Assembly: GCF_006345805.1 (NCBI RefSeq)
Contig: NC_043000.1
Coordinates: 50,096,001 to 50,160,000 of the forward strand
DNA from: Octopus sinensis
Lineage: Eukaryota
DNA length: 64,000 nt
Reading direction: 5' to 3'
The position numbers and the translations under genes are program-made. Each line of letters begins with the position of its first letter. Positions within the stretch are counted from its first letter, which is position 1. Below the pieces are notes generated by a model. That model worked only from the letters and a program-made list of their open reading frames with translations, did not search any database and was not told where the DNA came from. Shown one piece after another: positions 27,001 to 38,830 of this stretch.

Positions 27001-28303
27001 GGCGCTCAAAACATAAATTAGCATGAAATCATATGGAAAGCTTTTTAAATTTAGATCACTTTAGAATAGGATGCTTTTATCAAAGAACAAAAGGCATCAA
27101 AAGTGTTAAACAGATAATTTTTTTGCTCTCCTTTATTTTTTTTTTCAAATACCTTTCCATTTTACACCAGAAAATAACATTACCAGAAGATCTGATAGCC
27201 ATATGTTACCAGAGTTTAGAATTAAAGGTACTGCCCAGACAAAGAACACATTGTATTTGAAATCAGGAACTTTAAGTTAGGTGTTCAATATACTATCCAC
27301 TCAACAAGTATATTTTGAGATGAAAATGTCTTGTTTTTTATATATTTATTACTCCTATGAATTTTAATGTGTCTGGTTAGACGTAAACTTCAGAGCAGTC
27401 CTTGAAAAGATATGAACTCAGAAACACACCACAGTAAATCATGCAACAAATCAAGTTTCTCTAATGTCTTGTTCTTCTTCTGGTCACGTCCATTGACATA
27501 CTAATAACAATAACACATAGGAGACATTGTTGTTGTAATTATTGATTTGTTTTGTTTCATATAATTTTGGGATTTCTAATAAAGGAAGAATAAAAGAAGA
27601 GCAGAGATGACATTTGCTTCCAGCTGAGAGTCACGCATATAAAACTATTGGTTACTGAAAGTTCCAACAAATATAGAGGAAAATATAGACATATCATATG
27701 TGAGCATATATAAATGTGTGTGTGTGTGTGTGTGTGTAAAGAGCTTTTGTTATTTTGGTTTTTGGGTTGTTGTTTTTTTTTGTTTTGTCCTTGTCTGGTG
27801 GAGTCCTGTTGAACAGAAAGGCTGTCGGTTATATTGAACTCTGAGAGAAAAATGACGCACAAGTGCCATGATGGTATTTAGAATTTTCGACGACATCAGA
27901 AATCAATTATTTGCATTATGATGCATGCAGAACTATTTACAGAATGACAATTGATAGACAATGGACAAAATGTACCCTTTGTGTACACAACACATCAGTT
28001 GAAAGAGTACGAGATGTTTATGGCCATAATAATGTGCAAACTAGCGAAGCAGTTGGATTCTGTTTGATTAGATTAGCTATCAATATTAAGTGTATCGTGG
28101 AAACATTACAATATTCTAATAGTAGTAGTAGTAACAGTTATAGTGGTGTTGGTGGTGGTGGTGGTATACTCTTCCTTTATTAGTTGCTGATATCCTTTCA
28201 TATTTTCTTCTATTCTTCTTCCTCTTGTTTTTTTTGTTATTGTTTTTAAGTAACATATACACATGCATACGTATGTAGATGCACACACACACTCACAACA
28301 TGC

Positions 28304-28349
<46 letters not shown>

Positions 28350-28729
28350 ACAGAGACATGTGCGTACATAAAACTACTTTATAAAACCCAGTATTTTTAA
28401 AACAATGAAATATCAACAAACATGCATGTACACCTACATATACAAGGCAAAGAAACATGTGAAGACATTGGGACACATGTATGTATGTATGTATGTATGT
28501 ATATATGTATGTATTAATGTATGTATGTATGTATTAATGTATGTATGTATGTATACTTAAGCTAGACATCAATATTTCAAGACATGCACACATACAAGCC
28601 CATGTAGATTTCATAAATATCTATAAGGGAAGATACCAATAAAACCATACACATATTCTATAGTAATGAATACTGATATAGATAGTAATGAATATATATG
28701 TGTATATATATCTATATATATATATATTT

Positions 28730-28760
<31 letters not shown>

Positions 28761-29462
28761 ATGTGTGTGTGTGTGTGTGTGTATGCATTTATATTCATAC
28801 ACACAAAATGGTTGGATTATTTATGTATGTGTATAAATACATTAGGAATATAAGACAAAAAGATATTTTCTTTAAAAATACAATACAATCAATTCTGAGT
28901 TGTCTTCAAATAGAATGGTAATCAACAATAACAAATAACTTACTTATAACTAATTAATGTATACATGTTCAATAAACAGGGCAATATTATTCTTTCGTCA
29001 ATGAAGCGCTATGTGACAATCAACTTCATTGAAAGACTCTATGCAATGCTTGTCTCCAAATGAAAAGCACTGTTGTTGGTGCCCAAAGATACATTTTTAT
29101 TCCCAGCTGGAATCATTCCATGAAAGTTAGTAATAGCCTTTGGAAAGTCACGAACACCACCACTTCAGTTTGATAACATGCTACTAACAAAGTGGAGTTT
29201 CTGTTCTTTGGGTTTTTTTAAATGTTATTTTATATTGCTTTTAAACTTTTGGACGTTTATAAAGTTAGAGTGCTGTTGAGTATATATGCTCAGCTACATG
29301 CCTTTGTTTATATTTTGCACCTGTTCACATCTGTCTTCCTAGTAGATTCAAAACAGACACTTTGGAAAATGTTTCACAAACTTTCTCCCAATTTCCTGTT
29401 TGAATCAATTCTGCATGATATATGTCACGCTTTGCCATGTTTATATATTTACATATACATAC

Positions 29463-29526
<64 letters not shown>

Positions 29527-29534
29527 CATACATG

Positions 29535-29568
<34 letters not shown>

Positions 29569-29571
29569 TAC

Positions 29572-29605
<34 letters not shown>

Positions 29606-31777
29606 TTATATATTCTTAATAGATCCAGCCCAACAAAATTTATTATTTTATAAGAATTTCATTTACAGGAATAACTGTGGCAATTAATTACAAGAAATAT
29701 GAATGAGAATCTTTCATCTTGATAGAGAAAAATGTAGATGTGAATGTTGGCCTACATAGCTTTATATGTAGCATTTACATGTTTGTTCTTGAGCTAAAAA
29801 GGAAGGCTCTAAGCATTTACTCAACTTTAGAAACATAACAACAAAATCTCAGTTAAATTAAACTGTACAATTGTAAAAGAAAAAAGAAGATCCATAGGAT
29901 AATGTAATCCTTGATGCACTGCCTTAAAACAGTATGGAGTGTCCATGGATTGAACATCTGTTATAGATATGTTTGACCTGTTTTGACCTAGGGTTAAACA
30001 ACTAGTGAAAATGAGCATATAGTCAAATGGTTAAGAAGTTTGTTTCTTAAGTCAAAGATTGTGTTTTTGATTCCACTGTACAGCATCATGGGGGATTTTT
30101 TTTTTTTATTATGGTCACAGGCTTAGCATGAGGATATTATGAAGAAAAATGGGATGAAATGGCTCAGTCATGTGTTGAAAGAAGGATGAGAGTGACTAAT
30201 TAAGAGCAGTGATGGAAATATATATGGAAATAAAGGAAGAAATATCTCAAGAAAGATAAACATGGTTAACAGTAATGAAAGAGGAAATGAGGATATAGGC
30301 ATTGGTAAAGATAGATGCAAAAAATAGGGAGAATAGAAAAACACTATCATGGAATAAAGCTAATCTCCGTTTCAGGAAGGAAAATGGCCATACAATGTCA
30401 GTGCTTGGTGTATGTTGCAGTGTGTTGCAATATCATGTATCATAAAAGAAATCCAAAATCCTCACAGAAACAGTGAGGAAGCTACTGGTGTTAGAGACAA
30501 TATTTTTTCTGATGCGATTTGGTTTAGAGCAAATATGTTTGGTATTTTGTTTTTCACTCCATCAGTATTCTTTGAACTGGTTAATCAGATATACAGGAGG
30601 TAGGAAACCCACATTTATTTAAGAGAGCATCTCTTCTGAATGAGCATCATCTAAATAATATAGCTTTATCTCAGGAGCAAGAAATTGGCTGGATTAAATT
30701 CTGACAATGTAAATTACCTTTGTGACTTTTAGATTCAACAAAAGTGGCTTATGTTTTTTTTTTCTTTTCAAGCAAAGAAAAAAAAGAATGATTCTAAGTC
30801 AACCATCTTGACTTCAAAGCACTTATTTTAATCCCTCCAGAGGCATTAAAGGTTAAGATGACATGATTAGAATTTGAAATAATAACAATTGTGAGATACC
30901 AAAATTGCTGCTATAAATTCTGTACTGGCATATTATTGGAGCATTTACTATCCCACCAGATTTATTGATGTTGTTGTTATTAGTATTATTTGTTGTTGTT
31001 GTAAGTAGTATTTACTTGATTTTATTTTTGTATTGAAACATATCCTAAACTGACTTTATTCTATTTTTTGTTATACATAGTGTAAATTTTGAATTCATTC
31101 AGCATCTATACACATGAGTGTGTTTATGCATACATATGTATAAGGGTTTTGTAACACTATGAAGTTCACTGTTCTTGATTTTTTTAAACAGTAGTTTGTG
31201 ATGCTTTGAACAAAATACAATGGGTTCCATTGTGATAAACAAAAAATCAAGGCTTTAAAATAGCATGAGGAGTTTTTAATCAACCCAGACAAGCAATATC
31301 AGAGTCCACAGCAGAATTGTTAGCACACCATACAAAATGCTTAGCAGCCTTTCTTTCAGCTTTACATTCTAAGTTCAAATTCTTCCAAAGATGACTTACC
31401 CTTTCATTTTATGGTGGGGTTGATAAAATAAGTGCCAGATGTGCACTAAGGTTGATGCAAACAACTAGCCACTCTCACAAAATTTCAGGCATTTTGCCTA
31501 TAATAAAAAGAAATATTTCTTGTCTTCAACATTCCTTATCAAATTTGACATTTTATCTTTCCACTCTTCCATGCATTATTTGTGTTACCAACTTATATAT
31601 TTAAAATTTAAAAAATTGAATTTCTTAATCTAAATTTAAAATATAGACTTCTAACATAAGCACAAAACTGATCAGTGGGACAGTCTATATTATAAACCTC
31701 AGTATTAGGCTGCTACTTATTTCATTAACCCCAGAAAACAGAAAGGTAAAGAAAACTTTTGATATTCATGCATCTGT

Positions 31778-31821
<44 letters not shown>

Positions 31822-32169
31822 AAACAGATGAATGTCCACTTTTCCATGCTTGCATGTCAAACAGAATTTACTGAAGTAAATTTTCTCCAACCAGATACTC
31901 TTCCTGATGCCAATCCTTACCTATTTCCAAACAAGATAATATTTCTCCATAGCCAAACATGCTTTCAAAGATGGGAAATTAATAACATCATATGACAAGT
32001 GGACAATGGTGGTAAACACAAATAAATGTGTGTGTGTATGTATATATATATATATCTATATATATACACATACCAAACAATGACAACGAATATGGAGACT
32101 GGTGCATCTTCAAATTTTTCTTTTAATTTAGCAGTTAGTTATACACCATAATTAATTAAAATTACCTAT

Positions 32170-32470
32170 ACATGATTTACATTATTTACATTTGACAGAT
32201 ATTTGTCTTCATATTGTTTGTTGTTAGCACAATGTTTTGGCTGATATACCCTCCAGACTTCATCAGGTATCTTGGGGATATTTTGAACCTGGGTTCTCAT
32301 CCCTAAGCTATTTTTCCATGTTATTATTATTATTACTATCATCATCATCATCATCATCATTATCATTATAATTATTATTCATTATTATTATTATTCAGGT
32401 CACTGCCTGCAATCGAACTCAGAATCTTGGGGTTAGTAGCCCGCGTTCTTAACCACTATGCCATATGCCC
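32170..32470 (-). mobile_element. tRNA-headed SINE with internal (AAT/GAT)n and a decayed hammerhead-like motif in its 3' part
   Basis: Minus-strand head gggcatatggcatagtggttaagaacgcgggctactaaccccaagattctgagttcgattgc; 3' part gatac CTGATGA a gtctg..cagcc AAAAC ATT gtgct. Confidence 0.65.
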
Positions 32471-33336
32471 ATGGAGCTATAGTAGAAGACATTTGCCCAG
32501 AGTGCTATGTAGTGGGACTGAACCCAAAACTACACAATTGGAAGCCAAGCTTCTTAACATCACAGCTACACCACCTCTTAATATATATACAAGTGTGCGT
32601 GTGTATATACACACACATATACATGCACATTCACAGCACTTAATATGTATTCCTGTAGAGGCTATTTTAACAAACTCGGAAGCTTCCTGTCAAACAACAG
32701 CATTAAGATATGCAGAAAAAAATTCATTTTTCCTGCATACCTAATTGCACAAACCACTACACAGCATGTGGGAAGATTAAATTGTTATATATTGATTCCT
32801 GATAGAAAGTTGGAGTAGAGGAATAAAATTGTAGTGTCATATATGTTAAAATATTTGACAGAGATGTTCTGCCCTCATATTAAATTGAAGGATTAGAATC
32901 TATAAACTGTCAGTCAAAATTTTGTTGACCTAAATATTTCCTTAAAAAATGTATATATATGTATATATATATATTCATGTTTCTAATTCTTGGCTAGTTA
33001 GCAACCCCTCCTTATATTTTTCAAAACAGCATGCTTTAACAAAGTGGGGATACATTAAAAAATTACACATAGCATGAAGTTGTTATTTAAGAAAAGTTTT
33101 AAAAATAAATACCAACATAACATGTTTTGCCTAACACTTCATCTGCATTGCTCAAAAGTTTTTACTTTTTCAAATATTTATATCATTTGCATACATTGCA
33201 ATACTTCAAGAAAATTACAATATTCTTTTAGGAATGCCTACACACATATATAAATGCATGTGTGTGTGTGTGTGTGTGTGTATACATTCACATATGTATA
33301 TATATATATATATATGCATATATATATATATAAAGT

Positions 33337-36300
33337 AAACTGGGTAGATAAAGTAATTGAGGTAATCAGAGTAAGTGACAGAATACTTAAGATTAGATTA
33401 GTGCTTATCATAGTTTAGCAACCATTATATCAGCCTATGCTCCTCAGTCGGCTACCCGATGGACAGAAAGACCGATTCTATGACACTCTACTGCAGACTA
33501 CTCATTGACGAACGACAGAGACCTTATCTTTGTGGCTGGTGACTTCAATGGTCACGTTGGACGACATGCTGGGGGCTTCCATGGCGTACATGGAGGCTAT
33601 GGCTATGGCTCCCGCAACGAGGAGGGAACCAGGCTGCTGGAGTTCTGCGATGCAAATAATCTTATGATTTGCAACACTAACTTCAGGAAACCTACCAGCC
33701 ACCTAGTCACTTACCAATCGGGCCAACATACCAGCCAAATTGACTACATCCTTACAAGGCAAAGGGAGAGATGGCTGCTTATAAATGCCAAAACCTTCCA
33801 GGTGAAGAATGTACCCCACAACATAGACTGGTAGTTAGTGACTTTAGGATCAGGACTAGGAGGACAACCAGAAGACGACAAATATGGAGAAGAAGGATCT
33901 GGAAGCTTAAAGATCCTGCAAATGGACAGAGATTTAGGGACATATTACTTGAAGCCTCTGACGAAGTAGAAGGGGATAGAGCATCACAGGGGTAGAAGAC
34001 AGCTGGACGTTTCTAAGGGACAACCTGCTGAGAGCCACTGACCAGATCTGTGGCTGGTGCAAAGTCCCCTCTCGACCTAGAATAACGTGGTGGTGGAACA
34101 ATATTGTAGACAGGGCTATTAGAGAAAAGAGACAGGCTTGGAAGGTCTGGAAAAATGGGGGTAGCAGGAATTGTATCAGACTGCCAAAAGAGAAGCTAGG
34201 AGACAGGTTTATTTAGCCAGAGGGGAAGCAGATAAGAAAAAATTTGCCAATGTTCTGCGCCGTCAGGACCAAGACTGGAGGTGTTTCGTGTTGCAAGACA
34301 GTGTGTGAGAGAGAATCGTGATGTGGTAGGAGAGAAGTGTGTTCGCATGGAAGATGGTTCACTTGCGCTAAATGAGGATGCAAAGAGAGAGGTTTGGAGA
34401 TGCCACTATGAAAGGTTGCTGAATGAAGAAAATGAATGGGATAAAGAGAGTCTGCCGAATGTTGACCCAACAGAGGGACCAGCTATCCGAGTTGATAGTT
34501 CTGTGGTAGCTAAGGCAATTAGAAGCATGAAGACAGGGAAAGCCCCAGGCCCATCAGGAATCACTGCAGAGATGCTCAAAATGTCTGGTAGTGTCGGCTA
34601 TAGCCTAGTCCCCATATAGTTAATCAGGTGATACACAAAGGGGTCATACCCAATGACTGGTGTAGCAGTATAATAGTCAACTGCTACAAAGGTAAAGGTG
34701 ATGCCCTAGATACAAATAACTACAGAGGTATCAAGCTGTTGGACCAGGTGATGAAGGTTATGGAGAGGGTCATAGCCCAACTAATTAGAGAGAGAGTTAG
34801 TTTAGATGAGATGCAGTTTGGGTTTGTGCCAGGGAAAAGTACTACTGATGCTATATTCCTGGTAAGGCAGCTGCAGGAGAAATACCTAGCCAAAGATAAG
34901 CCCCTGTACCTGGCTTTTGTTGACATGGAGAAAGCCTTCGACAGGGTCCCCCGATCCCTTATCTGGTGGGCATGAGAGAAAACTAGGGATAGATGAATGG
35001 TTAGTGAGAGCTGTGCGGGCCATGTATAGGGACGCCGCTAGTAGGGTGAGGGTTGGAAATGAGTACAGTGAAGAATTCGGGTAGAGGTAGGGGTCCACCA
35101 AGGCTCAGTACTCAGCCCCCTCCTATTTATCATAGTCCTCCAGGCAATAACGGAGGAATTCAAGACAGGATGCCCTTGGGAGCTCCTCTATGCTGATGAC
35201 CTTGCTCTAATTGCTGAGTCGCTATCAAAACTGGAGGAGAAGTTTCAGGTGTGGAAACAAGAATTAGAATCGAAGGGCCTCAGAGTCAATCTAGCTAAAA
35301 CCAAAGTCGTAATCAGTAGGAAGGTAGACAAATCACAAACACCTTCAGGTAGATGGCCCTGCTCGATCTGTAGAAAAGGTGTAGGTAGAAACTCTATAAG
35401 ATGCACCAAGTGTAAGCTATGGACACATAAGAGATGCAGCAATGTCAAAGGAAGGCTAACTAGGAAGATGGTTTTTGTATGTGGCAGATGCTCAGGAACA
35501 ATAAACACTGAAAATGCTCTGAGACCAACTTCCGTCACTTTCCAGGGAGAAAAACTAGAAATAGTTGATAGTTTCCGTTACCTAGGTGACCAAGTCAGCA
35601 GCGGGGCGGGTGTGCTGAAAGTGTAACTGCTAGAGTAAGAATAGCTTGGGCAAAGTTCAGAGAGCTCTTACCTCTGCTGGTGACAAAGGCCTCTCGCACA
35701 GAGTGAAAGGCAGACTGTATGATGCGTGTGTACGAACAGCCATGCTACATGGCAGTGAAACATGGGCCGTGACTGCTGAGGATATGCGTAAGCTCGCTAG
35801 AAATGAAGCCAGTATGCTCCGATGGATGTGTAATGCCGGTACTCACACTCGGCAGAGTGTAAGTACCTTGAGAGAAAAGCTGGACCTAAGAAGCATCAGT
35901 TGTGGTGTGCAAGAGAGACGTTTGCGCTGGTATGGTCATGTGGCAAGAATGGATGAAGATAGTTGTGTGAAAAAGTGCCACACCCTAGCAGTTGAGGGAA
36001 CCTGTGGAAGAGGCAGACCCAGGAAACCTGGGACGAGGTGGTGAAGCACGACCTTCGAACTTTAGGTCTCACTGAGGAAATGACTAGAGACCGAGACTCT
36101 GGAAGTGTGCTGTGCGCGAGAAGACCGGCAGGACAGTGAGTCCACAACCCGTGGCTTCTACATGGGATGGAGCCAGCCTACGTATGCATACCTTCCCTTC
36201 TGGGACATAAAACTCTACTTGTGAAGACGTGTTGAGGCAAGTGAGGATCAGAATCGAAATCGATCAATGGAAATTGCGGATGTGCTACCAGTGCCGGTGG

Positions 36301-36745
36301 CATGTCGAAACTCTGCTTGTGAAGACCCATTGAGGCAAGTGAGGATCAGAATCGAATCGATCAATGGAATCGATCAATGGAAATTGCAGATGTGTTACCA
36401 GTGCGGTGACATGTAAGAGAACTTTCCGTTTCGCGACCGTTGCCAGCACCGCCCGTTTCGTGTCCGTTGCCAGCCTCGCCTGGCCCTCGTGCCGGTGGCA
36501 CATAAAAAGCACCATCCGTTCATGGCCGTTTGCCAGCTCTGTCTGGCACCAGTGTGGGTGGCACGTAAAAAGCACCCACTACACTCACGGAGTGGTTGGC
36601 GTTAGGAAGGGCATCCAGCCGTAGAAACACTGCCAGATTTGACTGGGCCTGATGAAGCCTTCTGGCTTCACAGACCCCAGTAGAACCGTCCAACCCATGC
36701 TAGCATGGAAAACGGACGCTAAATGATGATGATGATGATGATGAT
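33337..36745 (+). mobile_element. RTE-clade non-LTR retrotransposon (LINE), 5'-truncated, frameshifted in this assembly
   Basis: APE motifs (AGDFNGHVG, SQIDYIL, QHRLV) and RT motifs (KAPGPSG, NYRGIKLL, QFGFVPGKST, FVDMEKAFD, GVHQGSVLSP, YADD at 35189-35200). C-terminal RRLRWYGHVARM...GRGRP, a 3' UTR and a (GAT)n tail; inserted between (TA)n tracts. Confidence 0.95.
33340..36139 (+). pseudogene. Disrupted endonuclease/reverse-transcriptase ORF of the RTE element
   Basis: ORF-track pieces 33505-33834, 33771-33995, 34281-34619, 34628-34975, 35249-35626 and 35646-36044 are consecutive parts of one EN-RT protein in shifting frames. Confidence 0.9.
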
Positions 36746-36766
36746 ATATATATATATATATATATA

Positions 36767-36957
36767 GTGTAAGATCAACAAAATAGTACTTCATCTGGTG
36801 AGTAATAAATATCTAATAAACACAATATATGTTTTTATGTGCTACAATTAGTTTCAAGCAATGAAAGCATGTCAGACAGTATATTTTAACACGTCTGGCA
36901 TGCTCTCATTGCATGAAACTAATAGTAGCACATAAAAACATATATTGTGGGATTAAA

Positions 36958-36962
<5 letters not shown>
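36767..36962. mobile_element. Fold-back fragment in (TA)n carrying the 3' half of a hammerhead-like motif
   Basis: 57-bp inverted arms 36821-36877 and 36893-36949 (4 mismatches). The right arm contains GAAAC-taata-GTA-gcaca (36915). Confidence 0.55.
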
Positions 36963-36988
<26 letters not shown>

Positions 36989-37145
36989 GGTGAGTGTGGT
37001 AAGAGCTTTCTTCCCAACTTCATGGTTCAGGGTTCAGTCCCACTGCATGCCACCTTGGACAAATATCTTCTACTATAGCCTTGGGCTGACCAAAACCTTG
37101 TGAGTTGATTTGGTAGACAGAAACAAGGAAACCACTGACATAGCC

Positions 37146-37189
<44 letters not shown>

Positions 37190-38153
37190 AGTGTGAATAT
37201 ATATATATATATATGTTTGTGTGTCTTTGTGTCTGTGTTTGTTCCTCAACCATTGCTTGACAACTGACACTCACCTGCTGCTGCTGCTAGTATGAATGAT
37301 CAGCACGTGAGCAGTTCGGCGAAATAGATTGACACAATAGGTACAAACAAAGACAGACAAAGGGATTAAGTCAATTACATTGACTCCAGTGCGTAACTGG
37401 TACTTAATTTATCGACCCCAAAAGGATGAAAGGCAAAGTCGACCTCGGCAGAATTTGAACTCAGAACATAACGGCAGACGAAATACCACTAAGCATTTCA
37501 CCCGGCATGCTAACGTTTCTGCCAGCTCTCTGCTGCATCTAATAGCAGAAAGAGCTGTAAGCTAATGAACTTCATCAGATAATTGTTCATTCTCTTGTCA
37601 ACTCATTTTCTTATTTCTACTCTGTACTCAACCGATGTTTCATTCTGAAGTTTACATATGTTGAGTTCTGTATCAGGTCATCAATCTCACAAAGCCTTAG
37701 CAAACTATATATATATATGTGTGTGTGTGTGTAAGTGTGATGGTGTATGTGTGTGTGCGTGTGTGTGTGTGTGTGTATGTGTGTACATATATATACACCG
37801 TTACACACATACATAAACATCAGTAATGAGTTAGGCTGGATGATGAACTATATCACAGAGTGAGCTAAGCAAGCTTAACATTCAGATCATATTGTAGTAT
37901 GAGAAACCAGAGTAAACCATGATTGAGATACAAGAATGTAGCTAAACATAACATGAAGTGGGCTGATCATTCATACTAGCAGCTAAGAACAGAAAACATA
38001 CAGGAAATTGATTCATTCATAATACAGCCCACAACATTGAACATGGGCAGTCATAATCGAATATTAACAGACAGGCAGACAGACAGACGTGTGTGTGTGT
38101 GTGTGTGTGTGTGTGAAAAGTAAGATAAACACAATATTCAACTTATATCGTTT

Positions 38154-38252
38154 GTTCCCTACAACATTTCACTGCTGTGTCTATTCACATCTGATGCAGT
38201 GAGTGTCCACAGTGCATTTGGATGCAGATCCACAACATTTCTTCAGAGGAAC
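38154..38252 (-). ncRNA. Type I hammerhead ribozyme motif, family C (slightly decayed)
   Basis: Minus strand reads gttcct CTGAAGA aatgttgtg...cacagcagt GAAAT gtt GTA gggaac. Stem I 6 bp, 69-nt stem II with paired base, GUA triplet. GAAAC>GAAAT is consistent with CpG decay and leaves a U-G pair. Confidence 0.7.
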
Positions 38253-38484
38253 ACTATTAACAGAGAAGAGATGCTTGTAGTAGGACAGAAGGCAAGTAAC
38301 AGTCATACATGTAAGTGTACACAGGAACGATTCTCTCTTTCTCCCCCCTCTCTCTCTCTGTTATATATTCATTATTAATGTTATTATTATCTATTAGTAT
38401 TACTTAGGTTCAGTAATACTAATAACAGTTCTTAGAACTCAATATTCTTATGCTTTAGAGTAAAGCATGTGTTGAAATACAAAG

Positions 38485-38830
38485 TGTAATATGACTTAAT
38501 GAATGAAAAAAGAGCTGGAGTTACGTAATTGCTTTCATTAACTAACAACTGTTTCTGCTACAAGAAGCATTACACTCAGAATTGTATTGTGCTCAAGCAA
38601 CTTCTTATAGTTACCTCAGAGCCTTTGGAATTAAATGTATGTTTATTGTAGAAAGCATTTCAATAGCTGCAATAAACATACATTTCATTTAAATGGCTCC
38701 AAGAAAGTTACAAAATGTTGCCTAAGCATTCAGCTCTGAGTATAATGCTTTTTGAAGCAGAAACAGCTTTAAGCTAATGAAAGTGATTATATAATACCTG
38801 TTCTTTTGTCATTCAAGAATTCATATGACA
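38485..38830. repeat. Old ~165-bp-arm inverted repeat (decayed fold-back)
   Basis: Left arm 'gctttcattaactaacaactgtttctgct..aagcattacactcaga..aaatgtatgtttattgtag' pairs with right arm 'ctgcaataaacatacattt..tctgagtataatgctt..agcagaaacagc..ctaatgaaagt'. Confidence 0.7.

Noticed and set aside
27390-27510. Possible minus-strand terminal exon (YVNGRDQKKNKTLEKLDLL...)
   Set aside because: Weak acceptor, short frame and no homology I recognise.
30376-30603. Possible + strand exon after 'ctccgtttcag' (EGKWPYNVSAW...)
   Set aside because: No recognisable domain, no convincing donor or partner exons.
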